This document shows positions 18,662 to 27,048 of a stretch of 64,000 nt of DNA, in pieces. Origin of the DNA: Ostreococcus lucimarinus (lineage: Eukaryota). Both the position numbers and the translations under genes were made by a program. The stretch is from NCBI GenBank assembly GCA_000092065.1, contig CP000595.1; one strand, given 5' to 3'. The notes under the pieces were generated by a model. The model saw only the letters and a list, made by a program, of their open reading frames with translations. It did not search any database and had not been told where the DNA came from. How positions within the stretch are numbered: the stretch's first letter is position 1; each line of letters opens with the position of its first letter.

Positions 18662-20149
18662 TCAACTTATCACGCAACAGCCCGGCTGTTTTGACTCGTC
18701 GATTGACTGCGGCGAGCGCGGTTGCATTTCCGCGCGTTCCTCTCGCGCGTTTCGCTCGATCACCGCCGCCGGGGCCGGGACGACGCTCGACTTCTCGTTC
18801 GCGTGCGTCTCCGGCACAGGGGCCTCTTCCGCTTCCGCAACGGCGCGTTCCGGATTCGGCTCTCCCATCGGCGGCGACGGTTTCTTTGGCTTTGGCTTTG
18901 GTTCGGCGTTCGCCTCGACCGCAGGCTTTTCTTGCGGTAGCTTTTCTTGCGGCGCATCGCGCTTTATGGCGTCATACGCCTTGTTCGTCTCAGCGCACTC
19001 CGCGTAAGCTTCCGCCGCGGTTTCGGCGAGCGCCAGGAACTCCTTCACGGCTTTTTCACCGTTCGGCACCATCCAGAGCGGCGTCACCGGGGACACCCGT
19101 TTACCATTCTTTGCGTCTTTGATTTCGCGCTCGTCCGGAAGCGTTACGTTCACACACGTGTACGGCATGTCATGCAGCGCGTTCTCGCCACCGCCGCCGT
19201 AAATGTCCAAAAACACGGTGAGGTGGACGTTTGACGGGACCGCGTCGACGCGCAACGCCTCTCGAAACTCTTGGCGCGTGATCCTGGCCGTGGGGTCGCC
19301 CGGCGTGTCCGACGCGCACAGCGCGGTTTTATTCAAACCCTTGTACGCGCCACCTCCGGCGACGCTATCCTTGGTCGTCGTCGTCGTCGCCGTCTCGCTC
19401 ACTTCTTGCCCGCGTCCGCTAAAGTAAAAGAACAGCGAATCCCCCGCGCGCGCGCCGTCGACGAGCCATCGACACGCTTTCAAAATCGCCTTCTTCGAGC
19501 ACGAGCGATTGATGGATCCATCGTTCGTACTCGCTTCGCTATCTTCCAACAGCACCAGCACTTCGTCGTCCTCGTCGTACCCACAGTGCGTCTTTAAATA
19601 TTCGCGCATTCGCAACGCGTCGCCCCCGCGTCTTCGCAACCGCCACCGCTCGACGCCGCACTCCTCGTAATTTATCCCCACAAACACCCCTCTTCGCCTA
19701 CCCACGTTTCGCATCGTTTTCGAGAACGTCATCCTTTCGTGTTCGATCGCGATGCACCGCGTCGCGCGCACTCGTATCCCGCTCGACGTTCCCGGCGGCA
19801 GTCGTTGCATCGCTCGCTGTTTGCTCCTCAGGAATTGTCCCCACGACGCCGTCGTCGCACCGTTTCGCCGTTCGAGCGCGTTCAGGCACGCGCGCGTCAA
19901 TAAACCACCCACTTGCGCGCACTCTCGCTGTCGTTCGCGCTTTCGCGTCGCCATAAAGATCCTCTTCGCGTCGTCCGTCGCGTTCATCCTTCGCATCGCG
20001 CCTTCGTCGTCGTCGTCGTCGTCATCGCGCGCCTTCGTCGTCGTCGTCGCGAGCGCGTCGTGCGCCGCGCGGTCTAGATACGATTCGCGATCGTCCCTGC
20101 TCGTCGCCACGAGCACGACGACCGCGTCGTCGCCCATCGCGTCGCCCAT
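18662..20149 (-). CDS. Metacaspase-like (peptidase C14) protein with both catalytic residues substituted and a C-terminal CaaX box
   Basis: The VGINY...DSLFFYFSGRG...TVFLDIYGGGGENALHDMPY regions align with metacaspase HYSGHG (catalytic His) and FDSCHSG (catalytic Cys); here His is Arg and Cys is Tyr. The C-terminus is ...QPGCCVIS. The first ATG is at 20149 (the ORF-track start is GTG). Confidence 0.65.
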   Translation of the reverse strand: MGDAMGDDAVVVLVATSRDDRESYLDRAAHDALATTTTKARDDDDDDDEGAMRRMNATDDAKRIFMATRKRERQRECAQVGGLLTRACLNALERRNGATTASWGQFLRSKQRAMQRLPPGTSSGIRVRATRCIAIEHERMTFSKTMRNVGRRRGVFVGINYEECGVERWRLRRRGGDALRMREYLKTHCGYDEDDEVLVLLEDSEASTNDGSINRSCSKKAILKACRWLVDGARAGDSLFFYFSGRGQEVSETATTTTTKDSVAGGGAYKGLNKTALCASDTPGDPTARITRQEFREALRVDAVPSNVHLTVFLDIYGGGGENALHDMPYTCVNVTLPDEREIKDAKNGKRVSPVTPLWMVPNGEKAVKEFLALAETAAEAYAECAETNKAYDAIKRDAPQEKLPQEKPAVEANAEPKPKPKKPSPPMGEPNPERAVAEAEEAPVPETHANEKSSVVPAPAAVIERNAREERAEMQPRSPQSIDESKQPGCCVIS

Positions 20150-20199
20150 CGCGCGCGACGCCGAGTGTCGCGACACGGCGACGCGCGACGACGCGAACG

Positions 20200-20973
20200 A
20201 TGCGCGCGACGGCGACGCGCGCGACGGCGACGGCGACGGCGACGGCGACGCGCGCTTCGACGCGCGCGCTTCGACGCGCGCGCGCCGCGACGACGGCGCG
20301 GCGCTTCGACGCGTCGAGACGCGCGGCGTCGACGTCGAACGATGGCGACGGGAGCGACGACGCCGACGCGAGCGACGCGACGCCGACGCGAGCGAAGCGA
20401 GACAAACCGCTGCCCGGGTCGGGGGTGAATCTGTACGACCCCGTGGCGACGGCGTCGAGGTTCCTGACGCGACGGTTCGGCATCGTCGGGGGGCTCGGTT
20501 TGGTCGCGCTCCTCGCGAGCGTGGAGGGCGGGGAAATCGTAAAGGCGTTGCTGGAGCGCGACGTGGACGTGTCGACGACCGCGGAGGAGTTCGCGGTGGA
20601 GGGCAACGCGAATGGGTTGCGAGCGCGGGACGTGAAGATCGGCGGCGGGGCGAGCGCGAAGCGAGGAGACTTCGTCGGCGTCAACTTGACCGTCGTCGAC
20701 GCCGAGGACGGCGTCGAGTACTTGAACACGAAGAAGGCGAAACGACCGATCGCGTTCACGTACGAGAAGAAACCGTTGTTGGCACCGATTTGTGAAGCGA
20801 TCGAGGACGGCGTGCGGACGATGAAAAGGGGCGGCGTGCGACGGGTGTTCGCGCCGAGCGCGGCGGCGTTCGGCGAACGCGGCGTCGTCTTGACGGATGG
20901 CACGCGCATCAAGCCGAATCGCGACTTGATCATCGACATCGTGCTCGAGGAGGTGTCGCCATCGTACGTGTAA
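20200..20973 (+). CDS. FKBP-type peptidyl-prolyl isomerase-like protein, probably plastid/lumen-targeted
   Basis: FKBP-domain-like GDFVGVNLTVVDAEDGVEYLNT...IAFTYEKKPLLAPICEAIEDGVRTMKRGGVRRVFAPS...LIIDIVLEEV. The N-terminus is Ala/Thr/Arg-rich. ATG at 20200. Confidence 0.7.
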   Translation: MRATATRATATATATATRASTRALRRARAATTARRFDASRRAASTSNDGDGSDDADASDATPTRAKRDKPLPGSGVNLYDPVATASRFLTRRFGIVGGLGLVALLASVEGGEIVKALLERDVDVSTTAEEFAVEGNANGLRARDVKIGGGASAKRGDFVGVNLTVVDAEDGVEYLNTKKAKRPIAFTYEKKPLLAPICEAIEDGVRTMKRGGVRRVFAPSAAAFGERGVVLTDGTRIKPNRDLIIDIVLEEVSPSYV

Positions 20974-21081
20974 TATAATTCAAAGTAAGCGTTATGATTG
21001 GGAATTAACGATCAATTACATGGTCGGGTGGTTCCAAAGAAGCATTCTAAAGTGTTATACGTGTCCGCGCTCGCTCGCAAC

Positions 21082-22166
21082 CTATTCCCACGCGGCGCCG
21101 TTCTCGCCGAAAAAGGAGGAAATGTGCGCCAACGCCGACGCTTCCACGATGACCTTATCCGCGTTCAAGATGTCGTACACGTTCAAGTGCGAGACGTCCG
21201 TCTGCACGACGCGCTCAATGTTCCGCGCGCTCTTCGCGACGTTTTCGTTGGCGTCCTTGGTGATGACGTACGCCTTCTCCGAGGCGCCGACGCCCCACGC
21301 CATCAAAGACTTGTTGAACGCGTTCGTGCCCGGGGCGGAGATGTTACCCGAGATATCATCAACGACAATCATCGCGCTCGCCGCCGATTGCAACGCGGTC
21401 GCCATCGCCAATCGACGCTCCTTCTTGTTCATCTTAATCGACCAGTCGCGCGGCTTCGGCCCGAACGACACGCCTCCGCCCGGCTTGAGCGGCGTTCGGC
21501 TCGAACCGGCGCGCGCGTTACCCGTACCCTTTTGCTTGAACGGCTTTCTCCCGCCCCCTCGCACTTCGCTCTTCGTGAGCGTGCTCGCCGTGCCCTGCGT
21601 TCGTAAGAAAGTCCGTCAGTCTCGCCGGTCGTCATCGTGGATAACCACGCCCGCTGAATAGGGTTTGTTTGCCCTCGAGCGATGGCGTGGGGTGGCGACG
21701 ACGATCGCGACGACGTTCGCGACGACGATCGCGACGACGCCGCGAACGATAAATCGTCGCATTCACCGGCGTTCGTCTCGTCGTCGCCGCGCGCGTCGCG
21801 CGTCGCGTCCCGCGTCCCGCGTCCCGCGCCCGCGCCTCAGGGTTTCCCGGGATGCGCGCCCTCGCGGTGATGTTTCATTCGCGCGTGTCGCGTCGCGCGC
21901 GCACGTACCCTGCGAGCATTCTGTCGAACCATGACGACGTATTTATGCACCAACCCTCTCGCCACCTCCGCGCGCGCGGTCTTGAGCTCGAGCGTGGCGG
22001 CGGACGATTTCGCGCCGTCAAAGGTGACCGCATCGATCGCCGCCGCGCGCGGGACGACCGGGGCGACGCGCGCGTTGGCGCCGCGCTTACCGGCGATCGG
22101 TCGCGGAGACGTGATCGCGGTGGTGCCTTGGAGCGCCGCGCTCGAGCGCATGGTGAAGCCTTGCAT
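21082..22166 (-). CDS. Organellar 50S ribosomal protein uL4, two exons: join(22166..21909, 21594..21082) on the minus strand
   Basis: Exon 2 encodes GTASTLTKSEVRGGGRKPFKQKGTGNARAGS..., matching bacterial L4 ([30 protein letters not shown]). Exon 1 encodes a presequence plus ...ELKTARAEVARGLVHKYVVMVRQNARR and ends AGG followed by GTACGT. The intron is 314 nt with an ACTGAC branch motif. Confidence 0.85.
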
Positions 22167-22380
22167 CGCGTCGCACGAGAGCGAGTCGCGAAGTGATGAC
22201 GCGCGTCGGGGCGGGGGAGTGGGTGCGTGACCGGACGTCACTGCCGGTTCGAGACTCGAGAGGAGTACCCCCTCGAGACGTCTCGCCGCGGGTGGCGAAG
22301 CGATCGCGCGCGCGACGCGTTTGGCTCGATTTCGGGGGCTAACCTAATAATATTACTCTCACGTCACTCTCACATTACGC

Positions 22381-23310
22381 TCACATCATCGTCATATTAC
22401 TCTTGAACGCCTCGAAAAAACGCATCGTTTTGCCGTACGCGTCGTCGTCGATGACGTATTGCTCGAGCACGAGGGACACGCGCTCGGAGCCCGAGCGCGT
22501 CTTGTACGAGCGCACTTGGTGGAACGCGTCGCCGCGGAAATTCACCAGCATGTTTTCTTTCGGACGAATCTTCTTCTCCGGCGCCGCGCCGGTGTCGGGG
22601 TATCCATCGCCGTAAGGGAACAGCTCTAACTCTCCGCCGACCATGTCGTTCGGCACGCTGTTGTACAGCACCGAGACTTGGTGGGCTATGAACATGTGAC
22701 GAGAGTAAATTCCGACCGTGGTATCCAAATGTAACCCCACCGAAAGCTCTTCTGCGTTGTACGCGTCGTAATCACCGAGCTCGCACAACAGAATATTCAT
22801 CACGAATGCGTTGGCGTCGGGTAGCCGCAATTCGTCAAACACCGACGCGAAGCACTCGTAGTCTGGCGACGCCTTGAACTTATCCACGCCCTCGAGATTG
22901 AACTTCACCACGAAACCTCGCGTCTTGCTAAACCCGGCATCGTTTAACCCACCCTTGACGCGCAATTTGGGATGTTTCAGCGCGCACTCTTTGAGGTCGC
23001 CGTACCTCTTAAAATCTAAAAAGTCCTCCCTCGCCTCCACGAGCGGTTGCTCGTCCGTCGTGCTCAGGTATCGCGCCTCGCTCGCCGCGTACCACCGCTG
23101 GGCCATTCGCAGGACGATGAACACGAGGATCGCCGCCACGCCCGCGCGTTCGTTCGCGCTCTGCGCCCCGGCCCGCCGCGCCGCCGCTCGCTTCGCGTTC
23201 GCGTCGTCGTCGTCCTCGCGCGTCGATTCGCGCGTCGCGTCGTCGCCATCGTCGCGCGTCGTCCTCGCGTCCCGTCGTCGCACGCCCGCGCTCGCGTTCA
23301 CCGGCGCCAT
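22381..23310 (-). CDS. Membrane-anchored 2OG-Fe(II) oxygenase-like protein
   Basis: N-terminal TM segment, then candidate HxD (HLDTT), a distal His (AFHQV) and Arg (RVSLVL). ATG at 23310. Confidence 0.45.
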   Translation of the reverse strand: MAPVNASAGVRRRDARTTRDDGDDATRESTREDDDDANAKRAAARRAGAQSANERAGVAAILVFIVLRMAQRWYAASEARYLSTTDEQPLVEAREDFLDFKRYGDLKECALKHPKLRVKGGLNDAGFSKTRGFVVKFNLEGVDKFKASPDYECFASVFDELRLPDANAFVMNILLCELGDYDAYNAEELSVGLHLDTTVGIYSRHMFIAHQVSVLYNSVPNDMVGGELELFPYGDGYPDTGAAPEKKIRPKENMLVNFRGDAFHQVRSYKTRSGSERVSLVLEQYVIDDDAYGKTMRFFEAFKSNMTMM

Positions 23311-23471
23311 CGCGCGCGTCGCGTCGTCGCGTCGTCGTCGTCAACCGCCCGCGCGATGTCCGACCGACCGCGATTTATCATCCATGCGAACTGTTTGCGC
23401 ACACGAGGGACGGCACCCGAATTCGAATCGACCGCGTCGGCGTCGCGCGTCGCCGCACGCGTCGACGCGCG

Positions 23472-24119
23472 ATGGCGACGACGCCCTCGACGCGCGCGCT
23501 GTGCGAGGCGACGTGCGTCGTCGACCGCGCGATCGCGTCGTGGCGCGCGCGCGACGGCGCGATCGACGACGCGCAGCGACGCGCGTCGCGCGCGTGCGAG
23601 ACGCTCGTGGCGCCGTTCGTCGAAGCGCGAGCGACGGGCGAGGACGCGTCGCGCGACGCGAGCGAGGCGCAGCGCGCGGTGAAAGCGCTCGAGAAGCACC
23701 ACGCGCGGTTGCGAGCGCTGGCGGACGCGCGGGTGAAGCTGGCGCAGGCGACGTACGACGCCGTCGACGACCACATCACGAGGCTGGACAAAGATCTCGC
23801 GACGTTCGAGCGCGAGCGCGGTTCGGCGCATCGCGCGGGCGAGCGCACGAAGTTTGATCTCGCGCTGGCGGGCGAACACGGATTCGAGGCGCTGACGAAC
23901 GCGCCGAGCGCGTCGCCGGGATCCGCGCTCGCGTCGCCGGGGAATCCAAACGAGCCGAGATATTGCGTGTGCCGGAGCGTGTCGGACGGAAAGATGATCG
24001 GGTGCGATAACGACGATTGCGCGATAGAGTGGTTTCACTTCGCGTGCGTGGGGTTGAATCCGAACGCGGAGGTGAAGGGAAAATGGATCTGTCCGCCGTG
24101 TCGCCGGAAGAAGCGCTGA
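23472..24119 (+). CDS. ING-family PHD-finger protein
   Basis: The C-terminal PHD finger YCVCRSVSDGKMIGCDNDDCAIEWFHFACVGLNPNAEVKGKWICPPC follows an ING-type coiled N-domain (…KLAQATYDAVDDHITRLDKDLATFE). ATG at 23472. Confidence 0.8.
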   Translation: MATTPSTRALCEATCVVDRAIASWRARDGAIDDAQRRASRACETLVAPFVEARATGEDASRDASEAQRAVKALEKHHARLRALADARVKLAQATYDAVDDHITRLDKDLATFERERGSAHRAGERTKFDLALAGEHGFEALTNAPSASPGSALASPGNPNEPRYCVCRSVSDGKMIGCDNDDCAIEWFHFACVGLNPNAEVKGKWICPPCRRKKR

Positions 24120-24273
24120 TAGACGCGTTGTTAGAGAGTAGTCCACTAGGCGTAGCGCGCGCCGCACTCCTCGTCGCGCGAACGCGACCGCGACCGCGAC
24201 TCCACCATTAACGCGCACCATTAACGACGCGCTCGTGCCGAGCGACGACGACGCCGCGCGCGCGAGCGTCGTC

Positions 24274-24897
24274 ATGACGTCCGTTTCGACGCTCGCCTCG
24301 AGCGCATTCGCCGTCTTCGCATTCTGGATGGCGCGCGCGTACGTCCCCGCGGCGACCCTGTTCGCGTGGCATCCGCTGTGCCTGAGCGCCGCGATCGGAC
24401 TGTGCGGCGCGGCGTCCGTGATCGGCGTGCGCGTCAGGGCATTCGCGCCTGGGCGCGAACGAGTGCGCGCGTTGTGGTGTCACCTGGCGCTGAACTCCGC
24501 GGGCGGCGCGGCGTGGGTGATTGGATTTTGGGCCATTTACGCGAATAAAAATAATCTAGGCAAGGCACACTTCACGAGCGCGCACGGGAAAGTCGGGGCG
24601 GCGGCCACGATGGTCTTGGTGGCGACGTACGCGCTCGGGTTGTTTTCGTTCAACGCGCTCGGGTTGCTGACGCGACTGGATATGAACCGCAGAGCGAAGG
24701 ACGTCAAGGCGACGCACCGCGTGGCGAGTCTCGTGGCTATTTTCGGTGGAATACTCGCGGCAAGCATGCGCACGGGACACGACTCCACCGGATTCGGCGC
24801 CGCGGGGCGGGCGGTTGCGGACGTCGCGCTGTTCGCGGGCGCCGGCGCGCTGGCTTTTTTGGCGGCGACGACGCCCGCGTGGAAAATAGAACGTTAG
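24274..24897 (+). CDS. Cytochrome b561-domain protein (ascorbate-dependent transmembrane electron transfer)
   Basis: LFAWHPLCLSAAIGL matches the b561 FxWHPxLM motif; AHFTSAHGKVGAA provides the second His pair. The ORF-track start at 24235 is GTG; the first ATG is at 24274. Confidence 0.7.
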   Translation: MTSVSTLASSAFAVFAFWMARAYVPAATLFAWHPLCLSAAIGLCGAASVIGVRVRAFAPGRERVRALWCHLALNSAGGAAWVIGFWAIYANKNNLGKAHFTSAHGKVGAAATMVLVATYALGLFSFNALGLLTRLDMNRRAKDVKATHRVASLVAIFGGILAASMRTGHDSTGFGAAGRAVADVALFAGAGALAFLAATTPAWKIER

Positions 24898-24997
24898 TCC
24901 GTAGCGTGGTAAAATTGCGAATTCTTCATTACATAAGGTACAGTCTGTTCACATTAAACGTAAAAGTCTCGAGACCGCGTCCTGGTCCAGCGCGTCC

Positions 24998-26026
24998 TCA
25001 CAGCGGCGGTTTGCGCATCGTAATCAGGTTGAATTTTATCGTCCCCGTCGCCAAGCCCGTTTGCATCAGCGGCATCACCAACGCGCCGCGTAAAGTCGCG
25101 GCGCCGGATTTAAGCAGACCGATCACACCCTTGAGCGTCAACGCGGTCTTGATCACGCCCTTCCAAAACGGCTTGACCTCCTCGCTCCAATCCTCGGTTT
25201 CGATGTCGACCAACCCGGCGTCCTCGGCGAGCGCCTTGTAATCGGCGATCGAGCACCACGCCGGGAGGTAGTACGCATCGCAAATGCGATCGAGTAAAAC
25301 GCGCTCCGCCGGCTCCAGCGCGCTCTGCCCCGGCTCGAGCGTTCGATGACACCACGTGACGATTAAAATCCGTCCCCCCGGCGCGCACACTCGCGCCAAC
25401 TCGTCGACGAATTTCTTCTTGTCCGGCATGTGTTCCCCGCTCTCCATCGACCACACGAAATCGAACGAACCGTCCTCAAACGGCATGTTCAACGCGTCCG
25501 CGACGCGATATTTCGCCATATTCTCGACGCCCTCCTCTTTCGCCAGCGCGTTCGCTCGCGCCGCCTGCACCGGCGAAAGCGTCACCCCCTCCGCCTCGCA
25601 CCCGTATTTCCTCACCATGTGCCTCGACGACCCCCCGATTCCGCACCCAACGTCCAGCACTCGCTTCACCTCTCGCACTCCCGCCCAGCGCAGGCTCTCC
25701 TCGATCATGTCCACCTGCGCCTTCGCGTGGTTCACCGGTTCGCCGCGTCGGTAGTACCCGTGGTGCATGTGCGTCCCGTCCCCTCCCTCGCTTCCCCACA
25801 CGTCCTCCCACACCCGCGAGCTCTCGTCGTAAAACTTCGCGATCCCCTCGTTCAGCGTCTTCGTCTCCGCGATCAGCGGTTCGACGACGCGCTCGAGCTC
25901 GAACGTCGACGTCGTTCGCTCCTCGTTCGCGCTCGCGGACGGCGTCGTCGCCGCGCGTCGCGCTCTGCGTCGCGTCGCGCGCGCACTCGGCGACGCGGTC
26001 GTCGGCGCGCGCGCGATGGACGCCAT
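24998..26026 (-). CDS. Gamma-tocopherol methyltransferase-like SAM-dependent methyltransferase
   Basis: LNEGIAKFYDESSRVWEDVWGSEGGDGTHMHHGYY and VLDVGCGIGGSSR match the gamma-TMT family. The real ATG is at 26026 (MASIARAPTT presequence); the ORF-track extension to 26242 is antisense to LSm6 exon 1. Confidence 0.85.
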   Translation of the reverse strand: MASIARAPTTASPSARATRRRARRAATTPSASANEERTTSTFELERVVEPLIAETKTLNEGIAKFYDESSRVWEDVWGSEGGDGTHMHHGYYRRGEPVNHAKAQVDMIEESLRWAGVREVKRVLDVGCGIGGSSRHMVRKYGCEAEGVTLSPVQAARANALAKEEGVENMAKYRVADALNMPFEDGSFDFVWSMESGEHMPDKKKFVDELARVCAPGGRILIVTWCHRTLEPGQSALEPAERVLLDRICDAYYLPAWCSIADYKALAEDAGLVDIETEDWSEEVKPFWKGVIKTALTLKGVIGLLKSGAATLRGALVMPLMQTGLATGTIKFNLITMRKPPL

Positions 26027-26116
26027 CGTCGCCGAGTGCGGCGAATCGCCGAAGAATGAATGCGTTGATGAATGCGCGCATCGCCTCGGCACACGCCGAC
26101 GCGCGCGCGATCGACG

Positions 26117-26759
26117 ATGAGCGCGTCCGAGGGGAAATCGCCCGCGGATTTCCTCAAGGCGATCAAGGGGAAGACGGTGCTGGTGAAGCTGAACACGGGC
26201 GTGGATTACCGAGGCGCGTCGAGACGCGTCGACGCGGGGCAAGCGAGATGAATGAATGAAATCGACGACCGCGGCGCGTCCGATCGAGCGCCGCGCGAAC
26301 GCGAACCCGACTGACGGACGACGCGACGTCGAACCGACGCAGGCGTGCTGGCGTGCCTGGACGGGTACATGAACATAGCGATGGAGCAGACGGAGGTGCG
26401 AGAGAGGGAGCGGACGGACGCGCGCGAGAGCGCGCGAAGACGCGGAACCGGGACGAAGGAGGACTGACGAACGACGACGGCGCGCGATGGTAGGAATACG
26501 TCAACGGACAGTTGAAGAATAAATACGGCGATGCGTTCATTCGCGGGAATAACGGTGCGCGGCGAGGGATCGAACGCGCGAGCGACGCGCTCGAATCGGC
26601 GCGGCGAGAGGAGGTTTCAAAGGTTTCGATTCGGTTCGGTTCGGTTCGGTTCGGTTCGGTTCGGTTCGGTTCGGTTCGACTCGCGCGCGGAGGAGACTGA
26701 CTCGGCGATCTCGTTCGTCGCGAAACGCAGTGCTTTACATCAGTGCGGTGAAGAAGTGA
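26117..26759 (+). CDS. LSM6: U6 snRNA-associated Sm-like protein LSm6, four exons: join(26117..26213, 26343..26395, 26494..26554, 26731..26759)
   Basis: The spliced product MSASEGKSPADFLKAIKGKTVLVKLNTGVDYRGVLACLDGYMNIAMEQTEEYVNGQLKNKYGDAFIRGNNVLYISAVKK is 79 aa and near-identical to the LSm6 consensus. Introns 2 and 3 are GT-AG with ACTGAC branch motifs. Intron 1 has an ACTGAC branch and a CGCAG acceptor, but the only frame-compatible donor is GCGCGT, so a GC-AG intron is inferred. Confidence 0.85.
26622..26675. repeat. (CGGTT)n microsatellite (11 units, 6 perfect) inside LSm6 intron 3
   Basis: cgattcggttcggttcggttcggttcggttcggttcggttcgactcg. Confidence 0.9.
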
Positions 26760-27048
26760 GCGCGGTGTAGCTGAGCTTGAATCTAGGCGACGACCGCGAC
26801 GCGGCGGACGCGTTTGCTTTGTAACGTCGCGTCGCCGCTCGTTGTTAACTCGCGCGCCTCCCTCGGTCTAGAAAAGAACCCGTAACGACGAACACGAAAC
26901 GACGCCGATGTCGCTCCGCGCGCGCGTTTCGCCATCGATCGTTATTCCGGGTGCGGCACTCTCGATTGCAACCGCCGAGGAAATTTTTTGACTCGTCAGC
27001 GCCTCTGCGGCACCGCGCGCGCGCCGCACATCGACGCTCGGCGTCGCG

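Noticed and set aside
19752-20939. Overlapping 347-aa (plus strand) and 305-aa (minus strand) ORFs across the metacaspase/FKBP region
   Set aside because: Low-complexity R/A/D-rich translations in frames antisense to or shifted from the FKBP and metacaspase genes. No domain. Rejected as GC-driven.
26622-26675. ORF 26531..26770 translating the (CGGTT)n repeat as FGSVRFGSVR...
   Set aside because: The repeat lies inside LSm6 intron 3, which is defined by flanking exons with perfect LSm6 homology. It is not coding.
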